Translations under genes and position numbers: made by a program | Assembly (NCBI GenBank): GCA_018398765.1 | Contig: JAHBMJ010000300.1 | Span: 1 to 50,937 of the forward strand | From: Chromera velia | Lineage: Eukaryota | Reading direction: 5' to 3' | Length of the DNA stretch: 50,937 nucleotides | In this document: piece by piece, positions 1-13,603 of the stretch | Numbering within the stretch: the first letter of the stretch is position 1 | Layout: each line of letters starts with the position of its first letter | Notes under the pieces: generated by a model | Seen by the model: the letters and a program-made list of their open reading frames with translations, nothing else | Database searches by the model: none | What the model was told of the DNA's origin: nothing

Positions 1-777
1 TGTACATCAGCAGACCGCGCACACGGGCAGGGGACGTTTCGGACAGGTAGGTTGGCGCGGCTGCAGTGGATATCATAGAGTGTGTGAAAATTTCGAATAC
101 TCTTCAGACATTGCTGAAGCATAATTTTATTCGGACACGTACGTTTTTGCTCATGCAGCTAATCGAATAGACGCATTCTCTGCATAGTCTGAATGAAGAG
201 CCCAGAGGTAAGATGAGATTCAGGAATAATTGACAGACACACGGAGGAAGCCTCGTAAAGCCGCGGAAAAGATCTGCTGGAAGATTCGAGATGTTCTCTG
301 GTACACTTTCAAGCATGATCACCCCGATCAAGGTCTGGATGTCTTCCTGTCTCGGTCCTCCTTTTCTGTTTCTCGCGCTGATCTGCCGTAGAAATGAAAG
401 GCCACTGCTGCAACTGGCGGTCCACAACATCACTGAGGCCGATCATGTCAGCATAGAAACATGCAGGCAGAGAGAAAAGGAAAACAAGACTGCTTCACTG
501 CATGGCTGACTGACCAACGACGAGAGACCCAACGCCAATGCCCACAAGGAGACGCCCCAAGTGAAGCTGCCACACAGCAACAGACCAGGCGCCCAAAGAG
601 GCCCCGATGCAACAGAGAACGTCTGATCCTACAAGCACGGCCTGAGAGGGAGGAGAGGCAGCAGAGGGGAGAGGAGGGGAAGGAATCCTTATGTCCTTGT
701 TTTTTGTAATGAAGATTCTACAGTTCTGCATGCATACTAGAATACTGCATAAATCTCGAACTAAAAACCTCTGAAGA

Positions 778-808
<31 letters not shown>

Positions 809-2222
809 CACACAGAAAGAAAGGCAGATGAAAAGCGGGCGGGAGGGAGTCACTCCATTGCTCCCATTGACTGGCCCCGTTCCTCTGTTCCACATATTCT
901 CTTCTGTATTCTCTTGTTTTTTAGACACCTTCAGGCAGAGGCACCAGAACAAAAGAGCGACGCAGGGAGGACTGTTGAGTACCTCGATGTTCTACTTCTG
1001 CTCGAGTGACCACAATCACTCGAAAAGAGCATCTTCAAATCTAAATGAGCAGTCTGCCAACTGTGCGGTGTATGGCAGACTCATAAGCAAACCAACCTTG
1101 CGACCCACAAAATCCGACAGCAGACCTCCGATAAGAGAGCCGACCTGCAGGAATGCATAAAGGTGTGGGTCATTCCCGAGAATACAAAACTACGCACTCA
1201 CTACCCACATGCCTGCGCCTGCTCCCTGGATGGTCTTGAGTATCTGTCGTTTCCTTCAGCCAAGTCAAGTCACCTTTGCGGACTAGGTCACTGCGTCGAT
1301 GCAAGCTGCGAAGAAAAGTTGGGTTTAAATACATTTATAAAAACCTGCAACGATCATCACATAAAAGAAACTTGTGCTGATTTAAGTTCACCGGCACGAT
1401 CGATCGGCACTTTATCCAACAAAGACTGAAGCAAGGCAGACGATCGCGCCTGAACAGAAAAGAAAAAAAAACGGAAAGAGAGCAGGCAGAGAAGAGAGAG
1501 CTGACCACAGCACCCGCCCCTGTGAGAGCCACCACTGCCGCTTTGTTCCAGCATGAGAGCTCCCCACCACAGAGACCGAAGGAGCTCTGAATGGCGGGTA
1601 GGCAAATTGTCATTGCCCCCAAATCACCTCCATCAAGAATTCCTGCAGATAGCAAGAGCAATGGACCTCAGAACAAGGGTGAACGAAGGAACGGGCATCA
1701 TGTACCGATTTCGAACAACTCCCAAGCAATAACGCAGACAGCCTCATTGTGGTAGACGGACAGCTTCCTGAAAATGCAAAACAAGTCGGGCAACGCGCTC
1801 CAGGGATAGCGAGCAGAGGCGATCAAAAGAAAAAGATGTTAAAAAGGGATTGTGGATGAGGGTATACATACAGATAGAAATGCTGCTATACATATGCATA
1901 AACCGCTTTGAAATCTGCATGAAATATGTGAATATGAATATACGCGCATGCTCGGTCAATTGAAGCTGCCGGTCCTCTTTCCCCCTCCCTCGCCCTTTCT
2001 GTTCGGTTGCTTTCATATACTGGTCCTTCTGCCTTTCTTTGCAGCGCAGATCGAACACACTGAAGCATGAAACTTACCAGAAAGGGCCGCCAGGGTCAAA
2101 GTCAACCAGTGGTATCTCGAGATATGAGAGAGGGATGTGAACAGAGAGGCAGAGGGAGACTGTTCTGTGTCATTCGTTTTCCCGTTCTCCTGCTCTTTCT
2201 TCTTCCCTCCCGTTAGAAACAT
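1..2222 (-). CDS. MFS sugar-porter family transporter, 5' part (gene continues beyond window start)
   Basis: Manually spliced GT-AG exons 2222-2078, 1642-1506, 1144-1097, 641-515 and 60-<1, all phase-consistent. Product: ...LTLAALSGILDGGDLGAMTICLPAIQ...VGSLIGGLLSDFVGRKAVLVGSDVLCCIG...LHLGRLLVGIGVGSLVVAAPTYLSETSPARVRGLL. It carries the D-x-x-GRK, GRxxxGxGxG and YxSExxPxxxRG sugar-porter motifs. The start ATG is the best guess. Confidence 0.92.
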
Positions 2223-2329
2223 CTTGGTCGGCACAGAAAGAAGCAAAGTTTTTCTTTGATCAGTCAAGGCGAGTGGTGGATGAGAGAATGAAAATTCATC
2301 TGCATTGGATAGGCCGAAGATTCCTTTAA

Positions 2330-2625
2330 TTATGCATGCATGCTTCCGAAAAGACGCGTGCTTCTCTCGAGAATCGGCGCTCTGGCTCTACAGGGCGCGG
2401 ATCTGTTCAAATCTCGACGACAAGAGGGGGCAAGAACTCTTGAATATCGAGAAATGGGTGGAAAGAAGCTGATGTACGCTTGGCAACCACTCAGAATCAA
2501 GAGGATCGATTTTTGAAGTCATGCTTCGAAGTTTCGGCCGATCGTGCGGCGGAAGCAATTAAATTGACAAAAAAAAAGCGCGCGTTTTCTGCATGGGCGC
2601 ACGAGCGTACCGCATGCATGCCCGT
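2330..2625. promoter_or_regulatory. TGCATGCA-type motifs in the divergent MFS / coiled-coil intergenic region
   Basis: ATGCATGCATGC at ~2332 and GCATGCATGC at ~2612; similar motifs at ~17008 and 31660-31765 in other divergent regions. TGCATGCA is a known ApiAP2-bound motif in apicomplexans, but it is also common in introns here. Confidence 0.3.
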
Positions 2626-3036
2626 TCGCTATGCTATCCGTTCGCTTTAATAATTCTGTTCAATTTTTTCAGTGCAGAATTATAACGTACGTCAGAAGAA
2701 CTGTTTTCCGAGGCGATATTGTCGACTGCAGTTAGCAAGAACTTGATTGGTGCACATCTATATACATTCCCAAAGCAAACCAGGCACACGAATGTGCACT
2801 GTAGTCGCACACTTTCCATTTCGAAGGAGGCAAACGAGACAGCCACATGACCTTTCCGATGTTCATAATGTTTGGTCACATGTGACACACTCACTCAGAC
2901 GACACTCCCTCAACGGAAACGCTCCCTGACGCACACTGTCTGTCTGCGTGCGTCGGCCTGACGGTCAGACAGACAGACTGACAGGAAGACTGACACTGAC
3001 TGAAGTCGGTCCCAGAAGAAAGATCGTGACGGCAGC

Positions 3037-4740
3037 ATGCAGAGCACGATAGAGGTGGTGGATGCCTTAGCGCATCGAATCGCCAGAGAGGGGGGACCTG
3101 GTGATGAGGCAGGGAGGGAGAGGGAGCAGATGGCTCTGTCTCTTCCTGGGGCGGGGGGGGCGGGGGATCCGGACAGTGCGGCATTCTCACTTTCGAAGCT
3201 TTGCGAGATTCAGGAAAGGGAATTGATCGGCATCAAGAAACAGCAGGTGAGTGCTTTGTATGGCCTTCCCAACCGTTCATAGGGCTTTTTGAAATGTGCG
3301 TGCACCTTTTTGAAGCCTCGGTCAGGGAAGTCCAGTGAAATCCATTTGCTCAAACATCAGATTTTCTGTCTCTTCCTTTTCTCCTGTTTTAGAGCACATG
3401 TGTTCCACTTTCTGCGCCTCTAGAGAGCGCCCAACACCAGTTCTCTTGCGTTTAGTCCTCTTCTGGTCCTTCCTTTTCAGCTTCCTTCTCTGCTTCCTCC
3501 CTTCTTTCCTCTCTTTGTTCAGGGAATTTCGTCGTCCCTCCAACGAAAGTTTGAAGAACCCGAGTTGGCCAACTACCGCACACAAGACCAGAGCTTCAGT
3601 CCGATTTTCGTGGACGCAGCGGTGGGTCCTTCGGGAAATTTGAATTTTTGTTTTCAGAGAGAGAAGTTCGAGTGCTTCTCGACAGCTGTATAGCCCAAAT
3701 CGAAAGACAGACAGACAGACAGACAGGCAGACAGACAGACAGACAGGCAGACAGACAGACAGACAGGCAGACAGACAAACAGACAGACAGGCAGACAGAC
3801 AGACAGACAGACAGACAGGCAGACAGACAGACAGACAGACAGACAGGCAGACAGACAGACAGACAGACAGACAGACAGGCAGACAGACAGACAGACAGAC
3901 AGGCAGACAGACAGACAGACAGACAGACAGACAGGCAGACAGACAGACAGACAGACAGGCAGACAGACAGACAGACAGACAGACAGGCAGACAGACAGAC
4001 AGACAGACAGACAGACAGGCAGACAGACAGACAGACAGACAGACAAGTAATTCAATCTGCCCCTGCATGCATGTCTCTTCTTTCAGGAAGACCTACAACC
4101 CCCTGGCCCCTCCTCTGGATTTGCGAAGGTGGCGCGTTCAGAAGGGAGGGCAATGACTTTAGACGAGTACTCAAAGCATAGAGGGACCAACGCAACTTCA
4201 AAGAAGACATTCAGCACAAAACCTCTGCCGCCTTTGAGTCGAAATGACAGAGGACCTTTTTTCAACGCAAAAATTGACGGGGAAAGGAAAGAGGTCTGTC
4301 TGCCTGCCTGCCTGCACCCTGTGAGGCGATGTCAATCTGATTGCTGAAAGGAACTTTTTTATTTGACAAACGTTGGAGACAGGAGAAAGCGTTCTTTGGT
4401 GTCCCCGTGTGTTGACACAGGCGGGGGGAAGGAATAGGGGGGCGGACAGTTGGAAGAAATATTTGAGGAGCAGCTCGACGGCGCGGTTGATCCAGAAAAC
4501 GTCTCTTCAGCAAAAGGACGACAGCCCTCTCTCCTTGCCCGAATGTGTTGAGAAGATGTGGAGATGTTTTTGTGTTTGTGGCTTTCTGTCTCTTGTCTGC
4601 CGCAACAGTTGCGCCTTTCATTCCCAGTCTCCCCTCTCGCATGCTTCATTTGACACACAGGGTCACCTCGAGATCCCATTGAAATGGTTGCATGTATGTC
4701 CCTTGCATTGTGGACTGCATGTTCTCTTTCTTTCTTTCTT

Positions 4741-4810
<70 letters not shown>

Positions 4811-5726
4811 CATACCTGCATACCAGTATGCTATTTTCCATGTTCATCAATGTATGTCTGTCTGCATACCTGTATGTTCTTTCACGTGTGCATGTGTGCA
4901 CATGCAGACCTGGGCAAGTGCCTCTGTTCTTCCGGGAACCTCCCAGAGATCTCCTTACGAAGCGCCGAGAGACACAAAAAGTCTTCTGAAAAACCAAGAA
5001 CCTCTCTTCAGCCACAAGGCGTTGCCAGGGGGGTGGAAGCCAAGGTGGGTGGGTGGGTGGGTGGGGGAGTAGGTGGGTGGGTGGGGGAGTTGGTGAGTAA
5101 ATTGAAAAAAATTGCAGAGCGGAAATGCGGTTTCGGGGCTTTTTGCTTGATCTATTGACTTAGTGTGTGCGCGTCAGGCGCGAGTGAGCGAGTGTGTGGT
5201 CACGCAGAGAGAGCACCACCCGACATGCGGGTTTGCAGGGAAAGAGTTTTTGCGGTGAAATATATAAAGCGAAACCCTGAGCTCATCTTTTCAGAGAATC
5301 ACCGAGGCTCCGATTCGGGGTGGTCCTTTTGGTGATTTTTGTCGGTGACACGCACCACTATTGAAGATCCGTCTTGAAGGCATGTGAACAAATTCTTTCT
5401 TTACAGCGGGTGCTTTTACTGTCTCCCCAATCTTTGCTGTTTTTGGTTGAAGATCGTGCCACTGAGTTGGAGGGGGAAATGCGCAATGAAAGAGAGCAGT
5501 GCATGGTCTGCTTCTTGGACTCTCTTCTGCTTTTGCAAAGCTCTTCTGTCTGTGTTCCTGTTTGTTGACAAGTGCAGGCAGGCTTCGGGTTCATTGCAGA
5601 GCTCTCGATTCAACAATTCTGCTGAAGGGGCGTCTGTCTTGAAGGGAAAGTTTGACTTTGAGAGAGACGGAGAAGGAGACACAGGGACAAATGCACCCGA
5701 GTGAGTTGACAGAGACAGAGACACCA

Positions 5727-5763
<37 letters not shown>

Positions 5764-8700
5764 CAGAGACAGACAAAGAGGCTGGATGGAAAGAGACTTG
5801 AGAGAGAGGAGGGATGACCAAAGCCATGCAGGAAAGGAAAAAGGATGCATCCCGCCTGACGCATTTCAAAGTCGTAAAAGGGCTCTGTCTGTCCTCTTTC
5901 TGCAATGTGTCGCTGTTGGATCAGAGACCTGACAGAAGAGCGGAAAACTGTCTGATGTGTATATATATATATATATATATATACATATATATATGTCTAT
6001 GTATGTATATATATATGTCTGTCTCTTTTTCCCAACTGCGAGCCTCCCACCGCAATCCCAACTCCTCTTCTTCGCATCCTGTGTGTGTGTCCCCCCTGTC
6101 CCCCCACGTACATGCCTTAATTCTTTCAGAGAGCCTCAGCAGCAGGGGCGACGGCCTCAATTTGGGGACCCGGTGCCGGTCCCGACTTCTCTCCACACTC
6201 AACTGGCAGCAGCCCGGGAGGCACAGGCCACATTCGCAACACAGGCCAGGCAGGCGGACTCGACGAATGCGGTGTTGAGGTACCAGCTGCGTCACGCGAA
6301 GGAGAAGATTCGGGAGCTCCAAGCACAGTTGGGAAAAGAGAGGGAGCATCTCCTGGTGGAATTAGACAGAGAGAGGGCGGCGGCGGCAACCTTGGGGGAA
6401 GCCTGGGGACAACAGGTCAGTCCGTCTGTCAAAGTTTGGACAGAGAAAATCTTTGAAAGCGAGCACACCATGGCATTCTTTGATGCGTGTTACACCTGTT
6501 TCGATCAGGCCTTCTGTTGATCAGTGGGAATACCATTGAAAGATATGCAGTGCATAGGAGGGTCACACGTCTGGTTTCGTTGTGGGAGAATTGGCTTCCA
6601 TGGGTCCTGCTTTGTCTTTCTCTTTCTATGACTCTTCTCTGTCTTACAGCTTGCGGAGGTGCTGGTCTGTCTCTTTTTGCTCACTGGATTCGGACAGCCT
6701 GTCTGGCCCTTCTGAGTGCCCTCTCTGCACCTGGAGAGCAAGCCTTTTTGCTTCTCAGAGGAACAGAAAGAATCTTCCTGACGTTCTTATTCTCTTTCTT
6801 AATTGTGTACAGGCAGGCGAGTGGCGCTTTGAGGCGGTGAGACAACGAATGGACAAAAAGCGCGCGCAAGCCGAGAGAGACGAAGCCATGCAGGCACTCG
6901 AGAGAGAGCGTTCACTTGCGACCTCCATGGTGGCAGCCTTGAAGGCGGAGCTGCAGAAGGAGAGGTCCACAGAGAAGAAGAAGCAGGAAGACCTTTTTGA
7001 GTTGAAGAGATCGCTCAGAAACGCAGAAGACAAAAAGATGGAGGCCGAATCCATGAGAGAGAAGGTCAGGCACCCACCGACACAAAGACAAAAGAGAGAG
7101 AGAGAATGGGAAAAAAGCAGAAGTGGGAGAGCTCTAGCAAGGAGGTCTGAAACGTAAATTGCAAGAATGAGCTAGGCCACGTTAGGAGAAAATGGTTTAG
7201 TTGTAAAAAGCAAAAAGTCGTTACTGTTCAGTTCCTGTGCCTTCAAGTTTTTCTTGCGTTAGGTCCTGCTCTTCGGACCTTTTTGGCTCCTCTTCCTTGT
7301 TTTCTGTCCATCTCGTCTGCCTGCGTGAAAGACCTTTTCATTCTGCTTCCTTCCAACTGATGGATGGATGCAGGTCCGGGAGGTTGCAGAGAACGACGTG
7401 ATCGAGGCTCGAACGGCCGTAGAAGCCTGGCGTGAGGAGGCGGCGCGTCGAGAAAAGGAGAAAGACGCCCTATTGACCTCCACAGAACTCAGGCTGCTGG
7501 AAGAAAAGATGAGGTTGCGGGAGCAGTGCGACGAGGAAAAGAGAAAGAGAGAGGGGGTGGAGAGAGAACTGGAGGCCTTGAAGGCGGAGAAAGAAAGAGT
7601 AAGTACGCCATGGGACGGTTGCAAAGAGAGGAAGGGAAAACCGAATTGAAAGGGATCAGCAAGTAGCTGAGAACAGTTTTGTAGAATGTTGTATTGTCCT
7701 GTCGCGCACACACGATAGTTTGTCCTGTGACACTTTTCGCCTTTTGTGTGCACTCACCACGATTCTATCCAAAGCAAATGACACAGACCTGCATACTTAA
7801 ACCAAAACAAAGAGATATCCCAGCAAATGAGAGAAAAAACAAAAACAATCACGGAAAAAGGACCGGAAGAATAAGAGAAAGACGAGAAGATGAAGGCAAT
7901 ACAGTAAATTGGCGAATGAGCACTTGAATTATCTGTGCTCCCTCCCATTTGCAGCTGGAGGCCGAGTTAGAGGCCGAGAGGGTCCAGAAAGACTCCACAA
8001 AGAAGAGCGGACTCCTCACGAACGATGCCCTTCTGCAGACACGACAGAAACTTGAGAAGGCAGAGGAGGAAAAGGCAGCACTGCAGGAGCGAGTCAACAC
8101 GGTCGGTGGAAAGACAAGAAGAATGAAGAGGAAGGCGGACGCAACTCTGACACAAGCAGCAAAGAACAGAAATGCAAAGCAAAATTCAATCAAACCGTTC
8201 CGCTCTTTTCTTTTCTTTTCTGCACAACTTGCCTTCCTTCCAAACCTTCTATGCCCCTTTCAAGAGTGTTCTTCTGTTTCTGATTTCGCCGAGTAGGCCA
8301 CGACAATATTGATGCATGCAGCTGTTGACTTTTTGTCTTCTCTCTTGGATTTGTTTTCTCCCTTCCTCGGTTGTTATTTATTCCTGCTTCTTTCTTGCAG
8401 TTACTGGCCGAGCAGAAGGCCCTGGGGGAGGCCTTAGAGGGCAATGCCACGACGGTGCTGGAGATCGAGAGTCTGAAGAGAATCGTCAGGCAGATGGAGG
8501 ACCACGTGACGGAGGCAGTCAGACAGAGAGAGGAGGCCATGATGAGCGCAGAGGACCAACTGACGAGAGTGAAGGCGGTACGTTGGACAGACAGGGAGAG
8601 CAGGGAAGAAAGGAATGCAGAAAGGAAGGAAGGAAGGAAGGAACGAGGAAGGCAATAGCGAAAGGAAAGGAACTTGAAGGATCATCCGGCAGCGCGCCGG

Positions 8701-11103
8701 CACGATTTTCTCTGGCTTGTGTGGGACAATTTGTGGGCAGGACAGACTTATCCTTTCCTGGGAGATGCGGGTCCCATGCATGGTGTCCTTCTCCGCCCTC
8801 CCGTCAGCCTGTGAATAAGCGCGACAAACGTCTCGGCCGCATGAATGAGAGAGAGAGTGAGAGAGACAATGAGGAAGGAAGAGATGGAAGGAGTGGAAAG
8901 TGGATAGATGAAAGAATAAGCGCACTTATGCACATCTCCGTAAATGCAGTGGCTGGACAAGAAGCACGCCATGGACGTCAGCAAACTGGCGGTGGGTCCT
9001 CTCTCTCTCTCTCTCTCTGTGGNNNNNNNNNNNNNNNNNNNNNNNNNNNNNNNNNNNNNNNNNNNNNNNNNNNNNNNNNNNNNNNNNNNNNNNNNNNNNN
9101 GTGGGGTTCGCGACTATCTGCTTTTGCTCCTTACTTGGATCCTCTCATTTGACAGAACCCCATTCTGATGATCTGTCATGCCTTTCTATTTCGGTTGTCT
9201 CTGCCATACTTCCCATACTTATGCATTAAATGAGACATCTCTTTCTGCGAGCATGGATCACGCATAGCGACTGATGCTGATCCAGATTTCCTCACATGCT
9301 TCGGTTTTCTGCCTCCTTTCCTTCATGCTATCTATTGTATGTACATGCAGGAGCTGGAGATGCTTCGGTTGAAGGTCCAAGACACAAAGGCGAAGGCAGA
9401 GGACCTCCAGGGATCTGCCCAGGCAGTGGAGGCAGACAGGCTTGCAAAGTCCAAAGTCCTCGAAGAGAGGGTCAGCCAGTATGTCAGTCAGTTGACTGAC
9501 TGACTGATCGGGCAGAAGGCAGGTCTTTGGAGTGGCAGACAGTCTCTTTCAGAGCTCTGCAGTGAACTCCTGAGCCGCATCAGCAGGTTCATTGTGTTGA
9601 ATGAGCTCTTCACGTCAGGCAGCAGAGCGCTTCCTCAGACTTGTGTGAGAGGGTCGACAGAGGAAAACAACAGAAAACTTGCCCTCTAGTGTACAAGTGA
9701 GATCAATGTCAATAAATCCAGAGAGAAAGAGGGGGAGGAAATTGTGAAGGGTCAATTTGTGTATCCCTCCTCTTTCTTTTTTTCGCTTGTTTCTCTTGCA
9801 GCTCCAAGCGCAAAAGAATCTCGAGGAGGTAGCGACAGACCTCGACCAGGAGATCTCGAACGCCAGGAAGGAATTGAACCACTGGAGGGCCCAACTGCGT
9901 TTCTTCCAGGACACACTGAAGGACCAAAACAGACAGAAAGAAACGGTCGGTGTGACGTTCTTTCTTTGGCCTTCCTTCGCATCGCTGTTCCTTTCGCCAA
10001 CATATTTCAATGCAATCTTTTCAACATTGCTTCGAGCCTTGTTTTGGCCGTTTCCTTATTTTTCTGTTTGTTTTGTCCGTCTTTTTATTTTTCTTTTTTC
10101 TGCGTCGTCCACTGGGCCCGCATGCATTCGAACTTCATTCGCTGTTCATCCACTGTCTTTCCCCCATGTTCTTCCTTATGCACATCAATTCTCCACACTG
10201 TAATTCGAGAGAGTGTTACCTGAATCGCTGAAGAGTTTTCTTTTCTCGTTCTCAATTCCCTTTCCATCCGTTCTTCTTCCTATTTTCTCTGTCGGTTTTC
10301 TGCCTCACTGCCCCTTTTTGTACCTAGACATGCATCGTTTCCGCCCCCCCTCTTTGCACTCCTCCCTCCCTCTCTCTGTCTGTCTGTCTGTTCACATGCA
10401 GATCCAACAATTGGCCGAGGAAATGGACAGACTCGAAGAAGGCCACAAGCAAAGGCTGGACGACATCTGCAGACGCATGGCTGCCCTCATTCACAGAATA
10501 CCAGACAACATGTCACAAAAACAAGAACTCAACAACCTGGCACTCGCCGTGCAACTCGCAGCGAAAAGTGCCCGTGCAAAACAAAGAGTCTCAGGCGGCA
10601 CCGCCCACCCCGTTCCCGCACCTCCTCAGACTGCGCATCCCGAGGTCAACCCTCCTCAAGCGAACCCGGAGCCCCCCTCAGAAAGGCCCTCCACGAGTGA
10701 TGCCCCTCCAGAGAGAGCCCCGTCCCGCACCAACAGCCCCAGGAAGAAAGGACGAGGGAAGGAAGTAGACGACGACGATGATTTGAGAAGTATTCGCAGT
10801 GGGAGGACAGAGGACGGAGGGAAACCCGAAAGGAATCCGAGCAGGGCGACAACGCCGAAGAGAAGTAAACTTTCCTTTGTCGTTCCCAAGGAAGGGGGGG
10901 AGGAGATTTTGCCTCCTGAGAGAAGTGAAGAGCAGAAGATGAGTCTGAAGTCTGCAGAAGACAGGAAGCGCCCAGTCTTCGCAAAACTGCTTGCCAAGTC
11001 GCCCAAGCGGGAGTCCGAAAAGAGAGACACGGTCACCAGCGAGCAGCTGAGCGCTGTGTCGGGGTTGAGGCCCGATTCTCCTTCAAACACGTCGCAACGG
11101 TAA
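3037..11103 (+). CDS. Large multi-exon coiled-coil protein (about 15-17 exons) with a P/S/R/K-rich disordered C-terminus; function unknown
   Basis: Exons with GT-AG borders include 3037-3246, 3523-3621, 4087-4293, ~4908-5044, ~5600-5700, ~6130-6415, ~6813-7064, ~7374-7598, ~7954-8101, 8401-8577, ~9351-9470, ~9801-9945 and 10401-11103. Heptad-like E/K/R/Q/A/L-rich peptides ([35 protein letters not shown]). Exons between 4300 and 4900 are uncertain and an assembly gap falls inside an intron. Confidence 0.8.
3705..4045. repeat. Intronic (ACAG)n tetranucleotide microsatellite with periodic GCAG variants
   Basis: About 340 bp of acag repeats read directly from the sequence; explains the spurious QTDR/CLSV ORFs. 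Confidence 0.97.
9023..9100. other. Assembly gap (N run)
   Basis: Run of n characters after a (CT)n tract. Confidence 0.99.
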
Positions 11104-12170
11104 GGGGGGTGGCAATGGATTTAAATGATAAAAATGAGAGGGGGGGAATTGAGCGTTGGGGCGTTGGAGGTGGATAGGACAGGGGAGCAGGGAGAATTAA
11201 TGGTGAGGGGGGACACATTTGTCACTGCATGAATGAGAAGTCCATCGCAAGTTTGAAGGTTCTATTCATGGTTCTCCTTGTCTCGTTGCACTTTCGACAA
11301 TGAAACTCGTCTCATTCTTCTTTCTCCCTTTGTCTTCTATCGAAACCTCCCTTCTTTCTCTCTTTCCCTCTCACGCACGCTCTGTGGTGAGAGCCATCTC
11401 CGGTTTGCTGTGCAATGCTGTACAAGAAAGGAAGAAAGAAGCATCAGAAGATAAACGAAGGCAGGAAAGAGAGGAGGGAGGGTACAAAAAAGAGTTTCCC
11501 CTTCACTTTCTGAGTCTCTCCTTCGAACCCAAGAAGACAATGAGCATGTAGCGAAACCTGTCAGCGTGAGTGCCTTGACGCAAGTCTGACGCAAGCAGGT
11601 GTCGCCGGGAATCTGCATCTTGCTTCTTTCCTTCCTTTTTCTCGTCATTCTTCCCATCTTGATCGTCAGTTTCAAGTTATATCACAACTGCTCTTTTTAA
11701 CATTTCGTTCATTCGGGCTGTAACATCTCTTCACGCTATATAAATGGATGTACTTATCAATAGTCTTAGTAAACTAAAGGGACTGGAAATACGGATCTGA
11801 TTTTTGCATATTCCTCAGTACATCTAGATTTTTAGCTAAGATCCCGTAAAATTCGCTAAATTTTTAGCCCAAAACCCATAAAATGTACCAAAAGATTGCC
11901 GAAAATCTTATAAAATTTCAGCTACACATATTAAGAGTCTTAATTCCACTGGAATAAATATAATATACTGTATACACAATCTACTAGTAGACTTCAATCT
12001 AAGTGCAGCTCATAGTATACTTTAAATATTAAACTGCGTTATATTTTGATTTTATCAAATGTACTTCAGATAACTTCACTCAGTTAAATTTTGTGAGAAC
12101 TTGACTTTGTACTACTAAAAGTAAACTACTATTTGCTAGCCTAATCGCTAGCTCGTTTGTTTTTCATAAT

Positions 12171-12215
12171 CAGTGCTCTAGGGCACCACTGATCACTAAT
12201 CACTAATCACTAATA
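12171..12215 (+). mobile_element. Short retroelement-like 3' tail fragment, CAGTGCTCTAGGGCACCACT plus (AATCACT)n; second copy near 20228
   Basis: CAGTRCTCTAGGGCACCACT followed by heptamer ATCACT-type repeats occurs at both ~12171 and ~20228. Confidence 0.5.
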
Positions 12216-12683
12216 TACCAAGTAATGTATATGCCACTACTAATTTTATATATTTTTTATGTTGACAGCAGACAGCTTTCCCTAATTTAAATGTCTATTA
12301 TACAGTCTATATACACAAAGTGAAACGCAGGGGTCCTAAACTTTAATGTAAATTTAATGTTTGTGTTTATGACAGCTGAACTCCTATCAGGGGTACCAGA
12401 CACTTCAAACCACTCAGCTGCTATGTTTGAAGCCTAGTTTGAAGGATGTTTTCGGTCCCGCCTTTGAACAATAACCTTCCGATGACCCTTTACTGGATGG
12501 ATGACCAGCTGTAAAGGCGCGCTCATTTCCAAAGTTGTTCTATGCTCAGATCCCAATCGGCTCTAGATTTCCAATCCCATTCCGACAACCCCCTTCCCCC
12601 CACCCTGATCAAAGTTGCGTGCCGGTCCCACGAGGGTCCGACAAAAATAATCAGGAAGTCATCCCCGAAAAAGCTGAACGAAA

Positions 12684-13458
12684 TTACGACGAGGCAGCAG
12701 CGTTGTCCTTCTCGCCCTCTGCTGCTCCCGCCGTCCCCTCCCCACTGGCATTTCCGTTCTCTGCGAGGGCCTTGGAGGCCGCCTCGGCGGCGCCTGCAGT
12801 CGCGGCCGCCGTGCCCTCCCCCGCCGCTGCAGCAACGGAGGCTCTGCGGCTGCCGGCTGCAGACTGGATCGGATCGTTCATCTGTACGCACAGAGAGAAA
12901 GAAAGGGAAATGCGGTAAGTAAGTGCACTTGGGAGTGTGTGTGTGTGTGTGTGTGTGGGTAAACTTTGTACATAAATGCGCTTGCGTGCGCAACTGCGCT
13001 CGTGCACTTGTGTGTACACTCTCTGCGTTGCTCCTCCCTTCCTCCCTTCCGCGACACCCATGATCGACGCACCTGTTCCTGAACGTATTTTGTGATGAGG
13101 TCCTTGACTCTCTGGTTCTTCGCGAGGTCGATCGGCCTGTGTCTCTCCGCGTCCTCCCTCTCGGCCTCCACGAATTGGCCTGCAGACAGAAACGAAAGGA
13201 AAGCGTTCTCAAACATACCGATAAAAAGAATAAGGGAGGAGCGGGAAAATGAAGTTGGCAGAGTGCCGAAAATAAGAACAGAGGAAAGACAAATTTGAAC
13301 AAACAAAAGGGAAGGAAGCGATCTTCCTTCCAAAAAAGGGAGGGAAGGGAGAACTGGAGTGGAGGGTGTGTGTATGATGAGCCAGACAGTTAAAGAGGGC
13401 TGAATGAGGAGACCGACCTGATTGGAAGAGGAGAAAGTTTATCTGCACACGCACACAC

Positions 13459-13504
<46 letters not shown>

Positions 13505-13563
13505 ACACATACACACACACACACGCACACACACACACACACACGCACACACACACACACGCA

Positions 13564-13603
<40 letters not shown>

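Noticed and set aside
104..433. ORF with LRR-like ISNLPADLFRGFTRL
   Set aside because: It lies inside the MFS intron (514-61), whose flanking exons join in phase without it; a single motif only.
3322..4181. Long CLSV/QTDR ORFs
   Set aside because: Translations of the (ACAG)n microsatellite.
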